DNA from: Candidatus Bathyarchaeia archaeon
GTDB lineage: Archaea > Thermoproteota > Bathyarchaeia > 40CM-2-53-6
Length of the DNA: 64,000 bases
Direction: 5' to 3'
NCBI GenBank assembly: GCA_050013255.1
Contig: JBEKFP010000001.1
Location: 32,001-96,000 of the forward strand
Shown piece after piece: positions 36,354-46,154 of the stretch (positions within the stretch are counted from its first letter, which is position 1; every line of letters starts with the position of its first letter). Position numbers and translations under genes: made by a program. The notes under the pieces were generated by a model that was not told where the DNA came from, ran no database searches, and saw nothing but the letters and a program-made list of their open reading frames with translations.

Positions 36354-37577
36354 CTACCTTGCCACCGAGAAGGCATATGAAAAAACATATTCACCGATGC
36401 GTTTTACACCTTGCTCGATACGTTGCTCGGGCTCACTGACGAATGTCATCCTAACGTGTCCTGCGCCTTTTTCACCGAAGAAAGACCCTGGGATGACGAC
36501 CACTCCCTTCCTGGACATGAGCCGGTTGCAGAACTCCTCTTCGTTTCGTTCCATTGACTTCAGATATCGCCTCATGTCGACGAAGAAATAGAAGGCGCCT
36601 TCTGGCCTGACAGTTCTCGCTTCGGGCAAGGACTCCCTGATCGCTTTCTCCATGCAGTCTCTTCGTTTCATGTATGTCGGAATTACGATGTTTTGCAAGT
36701 ATCGCTCCTTTACCCCATCGCTCAAGAAGCGAATCATTGCATTTTGGCTCAGGGTATTCGGTGCGAGAGTCGTGTACTGCTTTACCTTTTCCATGCCATC
36801 AATCACGTCCGCTGGTCCGAGCGCATACCCCAGCCGCAAGCCCGGCGCTGATGCTTCCTTTGAGAAGCTACCGACGGAGATGACTCTCTCTCGTGCACCC
36901 GGCAGGGTTGTAATTCTAGGCTGATTGTCCTTTCCGTAGATGATATCGCGGTACGTCGAGTCGTTGATGATCCAAAAGTCGTGGTCGACCGCCAAGTCAA
37001 CTAGCCCCTTGACAAAGTCAGGTCGGACTATCCGGCCGGTGGGATTGTCCGGGCTCAGGAGGACAATAGCCTTCGTACGTTTGGTCACCAACGATTTAAG
37101 TAACTCAAGGTTGGGTTGGTACCCGTCTTCTACGCTCACAGGCAGTTTTATCATGCGTGCCCCTGCCAATTGAGCCGATTCTAAGTACCCGAGGTAAGTT
37201 GGGTCGGTTACTATGAGCTCGTCGTTCTTGTTGAAAATGGACAAGTAAGCGGTGAATATGGCTTCAGTGGCACCATCGGCTAGAATAACTTCCTTTTCCG
37301 GAGTATATTTCGTCCCTTGGTGTTTTTCCCAATCAGCAGCAATGAGTTTCCTCAAGTCTAAGTATCCGCGGGTTCCGGTGTAGGCCGAAGTAGCCTGCGG
37401 ATCCTCTGTGATTCTCTTCACAATTTCCTCAGAAACTTCCTTTGGCGGTGGTAGGCTTGGCCCTCCGCCGCCGAAGGAGACTAGCTCCTTTCTCTGGCTT
37501 GCCTCGGCCAAAAGAGCTGTAACGCGGCGGATGGGTGAGATGTGAAGGGCGGTAACACGGTCAGAGAGAGTTACCAT
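36354..37577 (-). CDS. PLP-dependent class I/II aminotransferase
   Basis: SPDNPTG, DSTY, GSFSKEASAPGLRLGY (PLP lysine). Confidence 0.93.
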   Translation of the reverse strand: MVTLSDRVTALHISPIRRVTALLAEASQRKELVSFGGGGPSLPPPKEVSEEIVKRITEDPQATSAYTGTRGYLDLRKLIAADWEKHQGTKYTPEKEVILADGATEAIFTAYLSIFNKNDELIVTDPTYLGYLESAQLAGARMIKLPVSVEDGYQPNLELLKSLVTKRTKAIVLLSPDNPTGRIVRPDFVKGLVDLAVDHDFWIINDSTYRDIIYGKDNQPRITTLPGARERVISVGSFSKEASAPGLRLGYALGPADVIDGMEKVKQYTTLAPNTLSQNAMIRFLSDGVKERYLQNIVIPTYMKRRDCMEKAIRESLPEARTVRPEGAFYFFVDMRRYLKSMERNEEEFCNRLMSRKGVVVIPGSFFGEKGAGHVRMTFVSEPEQRIEQGVKRIGEYVFSYAFSVAR

Positions 37578-37707
37578 CTCACGATGCCTGCATACAAGCG
37601 CGGTTTGACTTAGGCTCACTATAAGCTTTCCAACTTAATGTAATTACACTAAATGCCAAAAATAATAGGACGAAGAGCAACAGGAAAACACGAGGGGAAA
37701 AGAAGCG

Positions 37708-38148
37708 TTGTGCCTAAACTTTGTTGAGGGCGGCGACTGTCACCTGACTGGCGGAAAATGCCTCCTCGGACTGAGCGGAGCTTCAGCAGAGAATCGCAAT
37801 TGCGACTGTGAGTTCCACGGGAATTTTGATGTCTGGGTCACACAGAAGAACCAACTTCTCATAACAGATATGGGTTTTCCATCCGAGGAACCAAAACAAT
37901 GTTTAGCGCTCGGCATCAACGAAACCCTAGCAAGAAAAATCGCGTCGGACAAAGTGGATAAGCTCCGAACATGCATACTAACAACTGAACGCAGATGTTT
38001 GAAATGTAGTCGGCAGTTTTGGATAACTCAGCATACATCCAAGCCTGGCCTTCTCGAAACTGGAAAAGGCTACTTCTGCCCCGACTGCATTGGCGAAGGC
38101 AGAAGTATCGAGGAGAGGCTGGGTGTTCTAGGTTATTGGTGCGGTTAA
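37708..38148 (+). CDS. Cys-rich hypothetical protein
   Basis: 146 aa with 12 Cys including CLKC...CPDC; divergent from the aminotransferase. Confidence 0.6.
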   Translation: MCLNFVEGGDCHLTGGKCLLGLSGASAENRNCDCEFHGNFDVWVTQKNQLLITDMGFPSEEPKQCLALGINETLARKIASDKVDKLRTCILTTERRCLKCSRQFWITQHTSKPGLLETGKGYFCPDCIGEGRSIEERLGVLGYWCG

Positions 38149-38154
38149 TCTGGT

Positions 38155-38787
38155 CTATTGAGCTGCCCACGTTGGGACACAGTGGAACGGCGATTTGGCT
38201 TTGAATTCTGTTGTCGGGTTGTTACGAACGAATTCTCTACCCTTCGTCAGTGCTAGGTGATTCAATGGCATTAGGGTTTCTTTCTTGCCAGCAAGAAAGT
38301 GCTTCAGAGATTCCTTAATGCGATCGTCAGTGACCTGTGGGTGGCACAGTTCGATAAACGCGCCGAACATTACTGCATTGGCGAACATTTTCGTATCTTG
38401 CGTCTCGGTTGGAGAATCATTCTTCAACTCATCTGCTATCTGGGTTGCCGGAATCCCGAATGCTTTGACATCATCACGGTCAATTTCGGTCCCGATCAGC
38501 GTCGTGTTGTAGAGGACTACTCCGTCCGGGCGAAGGTAATTGAGGAAGTCCAGTGAGGGTTGATTCATTATTATCTCAATGTCGGGTTCTTCTGCTATTG
38601 GGTTGTCAACTTCATCGTCTGATATCACGACGTAGCACTTTGCCTTGCCACCCCGCGTCTCGGGGCCGTACGATGGGGTGTACGCAACATGTTTGCCTTC
38701 TAGCATGGCAGTGTAGGCTATGTAATCACTGAGCAGCAGGACGCCCTGGCCACCGTGCCCAGCTATCAGTACCTTAGTTTTTGTCAT
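38155..38787 (-). CDS. 2-oxoacid:ferredoxin oxidoreductase gamma subunit
   Basis: AGHGGQGV, PSYGPETRGG, NAVMFGA. Confidence 0.93.
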   Translation of the reverse strand: MTKTKVLIAGHGGQGVLLLSDYIAYTAMLEGKHVAYTPSYGPETRGGKAKCYVVISDDEVDNPIAEEPDIEIIMNQPSLDFLNYLRPDGVVLYNTTLIGTEIDRDDVKAFGIPATQIADELKNDSPTETQDTKMFANAVMFGAFIELCHPQVTDDRIKESLKHFLAGKKETLMPLNHLALTKGREFVRNNPTTEFKAKSPFHCVPTWAAQ

Positions 38788-39584
38788 TGCTTCTCAACTC
38801 CGAAGGTATCTTTGTAGACACCTAGCGGGAACTTCTTCGCCATGTGCTCGTACACGAAGCGTTTGGCGTCTAGGATGGGCATCTTCCAGTTAATCGAGCA
38901 GGTGCTTAGCAGTTCGACGAAGGCGAAACCGCCCAGGGCTTGGACTTTGAACGCGTTCTCCACCGATTTCTTCGCGTCAAGCAAATTCTTGATCGTATAC
39001 ACCTTGCCCCTCTGGCTTGAGAGCTCTTGAACTGCCAAGCTTGCACGTTTCACGTAGGCTGCACCGTCTATTCCTGAGAGGAGTTTTGAAACATCGAGCT
39101 CAGTCCCTGTCATTGCTGCATTTCTTCCGAATGGCGTGGTAGTAGTTACCTGACCTTCGAGTGTGGTTGGGGCCATTTGGCCGCCGGTCATACCGTAGAT
39201 TGCGTTGTTCACGAGGAAGACTGTGATCGGGGTGTTTCTCTTCGCTGCGTACACCAATTCCAAGAGCCCGATGGAGGCGGCGTCTCCGTCGCCCTGAACT
39301 GTGAAGACGGTAAGTTCAGGCTTAACCCTCTTCAGGCCTGCGGCAACCGCAGGAGCTCTTCCGTGAGGCGCCACGATGTGGTCGCAGTTGAAGTAATTGT
39401 AAGCCAGGACACTGCAGCCTACTGAGTCGATCATAACCGTTTTTTCACGAATTCGTAGTTCATCCATTGCGGCGGCGATCAACCGGGTGAGCGTGCCATG
39501 TTCGCATCCTGCGCAGTAGTGCGTTGGGTTATCGGTCAAAGATTCCAGTTTGCCTATCTTTACTTTGAGAGAAAGTTGACTCAT
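38784..39584 (-). CDS. 2-oxoacid:ferredoxin oxidoreductase beta (TPP-binding) subunit
   Basis: YCAGCEHG, VGCS, HGRA, GDGD...NNAIYGMTGGQMAPTT. Confidence 0.94.
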   Translation of the reverse strand: MSQLSLKVKIGKLESLTDNPTHYCAGCEHGTLTRLIAAAMDELRIREKTVMIDSVGCSVLAYNYFNCDHIVAPHGRAPAVAAGLKRVKPELTVFTVQGDGDAASIGLLELVYAAKRNTPITVFLVNNAIYGMTGGQMAPTTLEGQVTTTTPFGRNAAMTGTELDVSKLLSGIDGAAYVKRASLAVQELSSQRGKVYTIKNLLDAKKSVENAFKVQALGGFAFVELLSTCSINWKMPILDAKRFVYEHMAKKFPLGVYKDTFGVEKQ

Positions 39585-40657
39585 GCCGCTAACACCTCCA
39601 GATGTCGCAGCTTACTTTCTATTTCAGCTTCGGTCGGGACGATTCCGCCCCATTTGCCTAGAAAGTCAACAGTTACACCATCGCCGACTGCGAGCTTCAC
39701 ATCCTCATACATTTGACCGGTGTTCAACTCAACATCCAAGAACTGCTTTCCTTCCGAAGCGAGTTTTCTCAGGGCGAGTTTCGGAAAAGGCCAAAGCGTA
39801 ATTGGCCTGAAGAGGCCGACCTTGACACCCTTCGAACGAAGTTTGTTAATGGCGCCCTTTGCGATTCGTGACACAATACCGAAGGCAACGATCACTTTCT
39901 CAGCATCTTCAGTTAAGTAAGACTCAAACCTAACCTCGTTCGCTTCTGCCAGCTTGTATTTCTCGAAAATTCTGCCCACGTGTTTGTAGTGCTTCTGGTA
40001 GTCGAGTTCTAGCGAGTTGAGTATGTGTGGCCCGCGGCCCTTAGCCCCTGTAGCAGCCCAGGAGGACACATCGTACTTTGGTGGCGTGAACTCCGGGAAC
40101 TCCACGTCCTCTTTCAATTGGCCTGTGAAAGCATCTCCCAAAATCAGTGTTGGGTTTCTGTACTTGAACGCCAAGTCGAATCCAATTCTTGGGAAGAGGG
40201 CCATTTCTTGAACTGAGGCCGGAGCTAAAACGAATAACCGGTAATTGCCGTGCCCGCCTCCTTTGGTCGCCTGGAAGTAATCGCTCTGTTCCGGGCCAAG
40301 GTTGCCTAGGCCTGGCCCCGCTCGGCAAATATCAACCACTAGGAATGGAAGTTCCATCCCAGCCGCATATGACAACCCCTCCTGTTTCAGGCTGAAACCT
40401 GGGCTAGAGGTCGCAGTCATCGCGCGTACCCCGCCGGATGCAGCTCCAAGGACCATGTTGATGGCCTCTAGTTCGCTCGCGGCTTGCAAGAAGTATTTGT
40501 ATTCTGGGTATTTTTTGTTGCCAAACTCCTTTGCTAGGGTTTCTGGGATTTCGCTTGATGGGGTTATTGGGTATGCGAAGTACGCATTGAGGCCTGCTTC
40601 GAGCGCGCCGTATGCCACAGCCTCGTTACCCTTTAGGTAAACTCGTTGTTTCGACAT
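39581..40657 (-). CDS. 2-oxoacid:ferredoxin oxidoreductase alpha subunit (VorB-like)
   Basis: YPITPSSE, TSSPGFSLKQE, RAGPGLG, QATKGGGHG. Confidence 0.94.
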   Translation of the reverse strand: MSKQRVYLKGNEAVAYGALEAGLNAYFAYPITPSSEIPETLAKEFGNKKYPEYKYFLQAASELEAINMVLGAASGGVRAMTATSSPGFSLKQEGLSYAAGMELPFLVVDICRAGPGLGNLGPEQSDYFQATKGGGHGNYRLFVLAPASVQEMALFPRIGFDLAFKYRNPTLILGDAFTGQLKEDVEFPEFTPPKYDVSSWAATGAKGRGPHILNSLELDYQKHYKHVGRIFEKYKLAEANEVRFESYLTEDAEKVIVAFGIVSRIAKGAINKLRSKGVKVGLFRPITLWPFPKLALRKLASEGKQFLDVELNTGQMYEDVKLAVGDGVTVDFLGKWGGIVPTEAEIESKLRHLEVLAA

Positions 40658-40909
40658 CTATGCTTTCACCAGGATCTCACTTATGGCGAAGTCTGGGCAG
40701 ACCCAGTAACATATGGCGCATCCCGTGCACTCTCCCTTCGTTCCTCGATACGTGAATTCCGCTGGGTGGAAGCCAGCATGATTCAGTTTGGTGGAGAGCT
40801 TGAGGTTGCCCTGTGGGCAAACGACGACGCAGAGCTCACAGGCTTTGCACCGCTCATCCAAGATCTTAACTGAAGCCCTAGGTTGAAGGACCGTTGTAGT
40901 TTCGGTCAA
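40658..40909 (-). CDS. 2[4Fe-4S] ferredoxin (oxidoreductase delta subunit)
   Basis: CKACELCVVVCP and CTGCAICYWVCPD. Confidence 0.93.
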   Translation of the reverse strand: MTETTTVLQPRASVKILDERCKACELCVVVCPQGNLKLSTKLNHAGFHPAEFTYRGTKGECTGCAICYWVCPDFAISEILVKA

Positions 40910-41325
40910 GCCTTTACGACCTCCTTTCTCTCAACAAAATTCTCCAATACGTAGCGCAGCATCGCGTAATGCTGCTCTTCGTCTAATGCGAGCATCGTGA
41001 GCAGGGTCTTTAGGTGCGGGTCTCTGACCTGTTCCGTTGCTGAAGTAAATAGGCGTAGGGCATTCTCTTCCATGTCCATAAGTCTCAGCAATTCTTCCCG
41101 GCTTTCATTGACGGGTGCAAGTAGTTCCCACTGGTTTGTGGCGAGGTAGTTGATTGCGCAGTTGATTACATCGGCGTGTTGCATCGTGTCCCGCATGAGT
41201 TTGGCGTAGAGAATCTTAACGACGCTATGCTTGGTTTCCCTGACCTTCTTGGCATATACTTCGGTTTCATGTTCCTCGTGGTCTAGCTGATCCCGTAGTA
41301 ATGTCAAGAGCTCCTGATTTCGCAT
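40906..41325 (-). CDS. Ferritin/rubrerythrin-like four-helix protein
   Basis: Duplicated E...(D/E)xxH pattern (DTMQH, DEEQH). Confidence 0.75.
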   Translation of the reverse strand: MRNQELLTLLRDQLDHEEHETEVYAKKVRETKHSVVKILYAKLMRDTMQHADVINCAINYLATNQWELLAPVNESREELLRLMDMEENALRLFTSATEQVRDPHLKTLLTMLALDEEQHYAMLRYVLENFVERKEVVKA

Positions 41326-41409
41326 ACGCCTGTCGCAAGAAAAAGCCAGGTAATTACTCTTAGCGATTCTGTTGATATTCTATGTATTGTATCGACCCGC
41401 ATGTTGGAA

Positions 41410-42630
41410 TCAGTCTGTTCTTTGGGGCCTGATTAGGAGCACAGCCGAGACCGCCCCAAACAACGCCGCCGCACTCCCGGCCATAAGCGCAAAGAAGAAA
41501 CTCTTCGTAACCTCTAGGATGTAACCCGTCAAAACGGCGACGACGATTCCAGCAACATTTCCTCCAAAATTCTGAACACCCCCCATTGTCCCCGTGAAGC
41601 GTCTAGGAGTCGCCTCAACGAGCGCAACCCAGAGTGACGGGGTCGAAAAGCCGAGTGCGGCTCCTGCCAGGCTCAAGGAAATCAAAGCGAGATAGGGCCC
41701 AGGGGCGTATGCGGTAGCAAACAGCATGATTGAAGCTGCCACCATCCCGACTGCAAAGAGCTTGCTGCGAAGACCAACCGGAGAACCGCCTCTCTTCACA
41801 AGAAAATCCGAAAGCACGCCGCCAACTAGAATCAATGTCACAACCGCGGAAATCAGCGGAAGAGTTGAGAAAAACCCTGCATTGAGAATTGTGAACTTTT
41901 GTTCTCGAACAAGATACGTCGGCAGCCAGAGGTTCAAGTAGTAGGCCACATACCCTTGACCGAAGCTAGCTAAGGTAAGTCCCAATCCCAGGGGGCTGAT
42001 TACTACTGGGAGGCTTTTGCGAATGCTAATTTTCTGTTTCGGTTCTTTTCTTGGTGCGCGGCTTAGAGGGTTGTCCTGAAAGACGAAAAGCCAGACGACA
42101 CACCACAAGAGTCCAAGGAGGCCCGTAGCGAAGAATACCCATGGCCAGCCGTAACTGACGGCCAACCAAGCTGCAAACGGAAAAGCTAGCACGGGACCTA
42201 ATCGGCCTCCTGCGATCCAAATTGATGTTGCTCGCGCTCGCTCTTCCTTCTTGTACCATCCGGAGGAGGTTACTTTTGCCCCAGACACGAAATTGGGTGC
42301 CTGAGTAACACCGAGAGCTGCCCTTAGCGCGAAGAGGGCAAGGAATGAGTTTGCAAAACCTGTGAGTATGGTGATTACCGATGTGGCTAACCCACCCACA
42401 AATAGACTTCGTTTCGCGCCGAACTTGTCTGTAACAAGCCCAGCGACCGGTTGAAGCATCGTGTAGATCCACAAGAATGCGGAGAGCACCAGTCCAAGTT
42501 CGAAATCCGAGAGATGCAAATCGCGCTGAAGGAGTGGTGCGACTGGCGACAAGTTCACTCGGAGAACGAATGTTACGAATATGCCTGCACTTGTGAGAAT
42601 GGCCATGGTCCAACGGTTGCGTAGTGGCAT
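41410..42630 (-). CDS. MFS transporter (ACS-like)
   Basis: About 12 TM; GLVTDKFGAKR motif A; ERARATS. Confidence 0.92.
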   Translation of the reverse strand: MPLRNRWTMAILTSAGIFVTFVLRVNLSPVAPLLQRDLHLSDFELGLVLSAFLWIYTMLQPVAGLVTDKFGAKRSLFVGGLATSVITILTGFANSFLALFALRAALGVTQAPNFVSGAKVTSSGWYKKEERARATSIWIAGGRLGPVLAFPFAAWLAVSYGWPWVFFATGLLGLLWCVVWLFVFQDNPLSRAPRKEPKQKISIRKSLPVVISPLGLGLTLASFGQGYVAYYLNLWLPTYLVREQKFTILNAGFFSTLPLISAVVTLILVGGVLSDFLVKRGGSPVGLRSKLFAVGMVAASIMLFATAYAPGPYLALISLSLAGAALGFSTPSLWVALVEATPRRFTGTMGGVQNFGGNVAGIVVAVLTGYILEVTKSFFFALMAGSAAALFGAVSAVLLIRPQRTD

Positions 42631-42652
42631 TTCGTCCCCTCAAAACGCGAGT

Positions 42653-43444
42653 CTATTGCGGGACAGGAACCATGTTCGCAAGCGCCATATCCGAAAGAGT
42701 GTACTTCCTTAAGTTGGCTACCTGTGTTGGGGTCAGAACGGTACAAGCGAAACCCCAGTGGAAAGATATCCAATCCCCCACCTTAGAGCCGGCCACGAAA
42801 CTGCGGCCTTGCACCTCACCGAGGACGCTTGTCTTAGTTGGAGCCCCTAAGAACAACTTGCCCTCCCGGCGCAACACGGGCTCATACTCGACGCTAAGAT
42901 TTCCCCTACCATCACTTCCGAGTATTTTTCCCCAAGAGATACGGCACTTGTCCATCATTCCACCGACCACATCGTCAGGTCCGCTTGCGTTCGCAAGCGA
43001 ATCCCGCACCGTACCCATCATTGAGAACGCGTTGAAGACATGTAACGCGTGGTGGGGAAAAGCCGCGTATGGCTGCGCGTCGAAAAGTTTCTTTACTTGT
43101 TCTTTCGAGAATTTCGTCTTCAGCCTGTCCCTTAGGTGGTCATAGAATTCCCCGGGTGAAATCTTTTCGAGGAAATCGTTCCCAATCCAGTAGGCTTCGA
43201 CGGCGCGGTAATCGAATGGGTCGCTTGCTCCAACCGATTGAGCGATGAACCGAAGGTAGGGGTAGGCAGCTTGAAAGCCAGTTAAGGCTTTTATCAATTC
43301 CTGGCTTGGTTTGTTGTTCAAACACGCATCGAGCAGTACTTCGTTTTCATCTGGCCCACAGTAGCCCAAGCGGTTAGGCATGAAACTATGGCGCGCCGCT
43401 AGGATCGCTCCGTCAATCCTTGGTGAACTCAAACTCATATCCAC
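42653..43444 (-). CDS. DUF6390-like protein with C-terminal HypC-like domain
   Basis: PNRLGYCGP, VEAYWIGN, PHHALHV, CRISWGK, GDWISFHWG. Confidence 0.75.
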   Translation of the reverse strand: MDMSLSSPRIDGAILAARHSFMPNRLGYCGPDENEVLLDACLNNKPSQELIKALTGFQAAYPYLRFIAQSVGASDPFDYRAVEAYWIGNDFLEKISPGEFYDHLRDRLKTKFSKEQVKKLFDAQPYAAFPHHALHVFNAFSMMGTVRDSLANASGPDDVVGGMMDKCRISWGKILGSDGRGNLSVEYEPVLRREGKLFLGAPTKTSVLGEVQGRSFVAGSKVGDWISFHWGFACTVLTPTQVANLRKYTLSDMALANMVPVPQ

Positions 43445-43447
43445 ACT

Positions 43448-43675
43448 TTAACTTCCTTGGAGTTCACGAATAACCCTCCAAGCTTCCAACGCTTCCTCCG
43501 CCTCTCTGTCGGATAGGACTCTGATTGCGAAACCACCCTGAACAAGAACGTAATTGCCTATCTGAGCTTTTACGAGCGAGAGGTTCACATTGTCTCTAAT
43601 GCCGTCTGCGCCATAATCCACCGATGCAGACCCTCCCCTAATCGCCACGACCTTGCCGGGGAAACTGAGACACAC
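43448..43675 (-). CDS. hypC: Hydrogenase assembly chaperone HypC/HupF
   Basis: Start reset to GTG 43675, giving MCLSFPGKV; GNYVLVQGGFAI. Confidence 0.88.
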   Translation of the reverse strand: MCLSFPGKVVAIRGGSASVDYGADGIRDNVNLSLVKAQIGNYVLVQGGFAIRVLSDREAEEALEAWRVIRELQGS

Positions 43676-43818
43676 GGCGGCACACCCATATCGATACTCG
43701 TTTTCCAATGCTATATGTTTGTGATGCCGTTCCCAAGAGTGGGATAGAGATTTGATAAGGAAACCAGCAACCACCTTCATAACCCAAGGAACCACAGCCC
43801 GATTTAGGTGCGTTCCAC

Positions 43819-44502
43819 TTGACTAGGCCTCCAGAAGTCATAACCTCTGCGGAGGGCGAGGTATTCGACGTGGAACTTGAGATTGACATCCTAAGAGAGA
43901 ACCAACGCCTCGCCGACGAGAACAAGAAAAAGCTAGATGCAAACAAGATCCACGCAATTGATGTCATGGGTTCGGTGGGGTCAGGAAAAACCTCCCTCAT
44001 CAAGGCTATCGTTTCTAGACTGAAGAACAAACACCGGATCGCAGTAATTGAGGGAGACGTAACTACAACGATTGATTCTGAGCTCATCGCCTCTGAGGGA
44101 ATCCCGACCGTTCAGGTCAACACAGGCAAAGAATGCCACCTGGATGCGAACCTCATCAGGAAGGCCTTGGACCGAATGCCATTGGACCGGCTTGACCTGA
44201 TCTTCATTGAGAATGTAGGAAACCTGATTTGCCCAGCCGAGTTTCCGCTTGGGTCCGATAGACGATTGGTCGTGATCAGCGTGACGGAGGGCCCCTACAT
44301 GGTTCTCAAGCACCCGATGATGTTTCTCGGCGCCAAGGTTGTGGCCATAAACAAAGTAGACTTGGCCAAGGCGATGGATGTTGAACCCGAGAAGCTAAGC
44401 GCCGATGTTGCCAAACTGAACCCAAAGGCGGTTACTGTTCCCACAAGTTGCAAGAACGGAAAAGGCATCGAAGAAGTCATCAAAGCACTCGGGTTGAGTT
44501 AG
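43819..44502 (+). CDS. hypB: Hydrogenase nickel incorporation GTPase HypB
   Basis: GSGKT, GKECHLDA, ENVGNLICPA, NKVD. Confidence 0.95.
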   Translation: MTRPPEVITSAEGEVFDVELEIDILRENQRLADENKKKLDANKIHAIDVMGSVGSGKTSLIKAIVSRLKNKHRIAVIEGDVTTTIDSELIASEGIPTVQVNTGKECHLDANLIRKALDRMPLDRLDLIFIENVGNLICPAEFPLGSDRRLVVISVTEGPYMVLKHPMMFLGAKVVAINKVDLAKAMDVEPEKLSADVAKLNPKAVTVPTSCKNGKGIEEVIKALGLS

Positions 44503-44513
44503 TGGTTTAGAGT

Positions 44514-44930
44514 ATGCATGAGTTCTCTTTTGCCACATCAATTGTAGAGTCGCTTCTCGACCTCGCAAATAAGCAGGGGGCGAGTAAGGTGTTGGGGGTT
44601 CACATGAGAATTGGAAAACTCAGAGCTCTATCGACCGAGCAGTTGAGCTTCTCGTATGGCATACTTGCCAAGGGCACCATTCTCGAAGGCTCCAAGTTGA
44701 CGGTAGAGGAATCGGCCGGAAGCCTAAGGTGTACTCACTGCGAGTATCACGGAGAATTCGACCCCGAAGGTGATTTGTCCTTTCACTTTGGAATACCGCC
44801 CCTCATCTGCCCGCAATGCGGTAGCGGTCTGAGTATCGAAGGCGGTGATGAATGCACGATAACAAGCGTTCGGATGCTTCTACCGACAACCATGAAAGAA
44901 AGTGAGCCCGCAGCCGAGACCTCGAATTGA
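44514..44930 (+). CDS. hypA: Hydrogenase nickel metallochaperone HypA
   Basis: MHE N-terminus; CTHC...CPQC zinc site. Confidence 0.95.
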   Translation: MHEFSFATSIVESLLDLANKQGASKVLGVHMRIGKLRALSTEQLSFSYGILAKGTILEGSKLTVEESAGSLRCTHCEYHGEFDPEGDLSFHFGIPPLICPQCGSGLSIEGGDECTITSVRMLLPTTMKESEPAAETSN

Positions 44931-45038
44931 GGAAGCTGGCAGCCACGCGACGCCTATTCTCTATATAGAAAAGCGGCGGAATATATAACTGGCCTCTCCA
45001 GCTGACAGTAGTTTCGATTTCCGCACCACATCAGAGTA

Positions 45039-46154
45039 ATGACCAGAGTGAAAGCAGAATTGGAGATAAGAAAGGTCCAGAGAGTCGGGCATTCGACCTT
45101 AACGGTCTCCCTTCCCAGAGATTGGGTTAGGCAAGTTGGACTAAAGCAGGGGGGCGTAGTCACCCTTCGCCTTTCCGAATTCGGCGAACTCATTGTTACC
45201 CCCGGCAGCGAGATGGAATCTGAAGAGATGACGGTCTGCAAAATAAACGCTGATGCCTGCAGGGACCGAGACTTTCTTTCAAGAATGATTACGGGCAACT
45301 ACATCCTGGGCCGCGACACTATCATAGTGTCATCAACCACAGAACTAAAGGCGGAACAATTGGCTGAAATCCGGGACTCAACACGAAGGTTGAGCGGTCT
45401 AGGTATCGTTGAGCAAACACCAAAGGAGACCGTGATTCAATGCTTTCTTGACCCTTCCAAATTCACGGTCACCGGCCTACTCACACGCCTACACAAAGTA
45501 GCTGTCTCAATGCTCGAGACGGCCATGCAGGCCTTGAAGGACAGAAAGTTTTCCCTAGCCCTAGAAGTGTTAGAACTTGAGAACGAAGCCGACCGCCTAT
45601 ACTGGCTGATCCTGCGGCAAATATTCAGGGCGATTTCGAAGATACCGCTCTCGCGACATGTCGGAATAGAATCAGCAACCCACGCTGTAGGCTATCGGGC
45701 TGTGTCAAAGTACCTCGAAGAGATGGCTGACTGTAGTGAATCGATCGCCAACCTAGTTCTCTCCATGGCCGATGAGAACTGCCTTGAATACTCCTCAGTA
45801 ATAGACGAAGTGTGCAAGTTTGGAGCTGAAACCATCGCTATATCGAAAAGTGGAATGGATTCACTTAGCATGCTGGATGTCGAAATGGCAAACGCAATCG
45901 TGGCCCGCTCAAAACACGCTGAAGAAATGGAAAAAGAGGTCATAGAACTCGTTGTGTCATCGGTTCAAGAACCCAAGCTAGCATTGGCACTAAGGGGCAT
46001 CGTATGGAACCTCGCGGAAGTATCCCGCTCCGCTCAAATGGTCGCTGAGATCGCAATCAACCGCTACCTTGAAAGCAATAGCGACATGTGTCAATTCTGG
46101 AAAGAGCGGAAGAGCGGGGGAGACGTTCAATACCTAAGGAAGGTCGTAGCCTAG
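45039..46154 (+). CDS. AbrB-PhoU family regulator (paralog of 35154-36218)
   Basis: RKVQRVGHSTLTVSLPRDW; ENEADRLYWL. Confidence 0.9.
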   Translation: MTRVKAELEIRKVQRVGHSTLTVSLPRDWVRQVGLKQGGVVTLRLSEFGELIVTPGSEMESEEMTVCKINADACRDRDFLSRMITGNYILGRDTIIVSSTTELKAEQLAEIRDSTRRLSGLGIVEQTPKETVIQCFLDPSKFTVTGLLTRLHKVAVSMLETAMQALKDRKFSLALEVLELENEADRLYWLILRQIFRAISKIPLSRHVGIESATHAVGYRAVSKYLEEMADCSESIANLVLSMADENCLEYSSVIDEVCKFGAETIAISKSGMDSLSMLDVEMANAIVARSKHAEEMEKEVIELVVSSVQEPKLALALRGIVWNLAEVSRSAQMVAEIAINRYLESNSDMCQFWKERKSGGDVQYLRKVVA

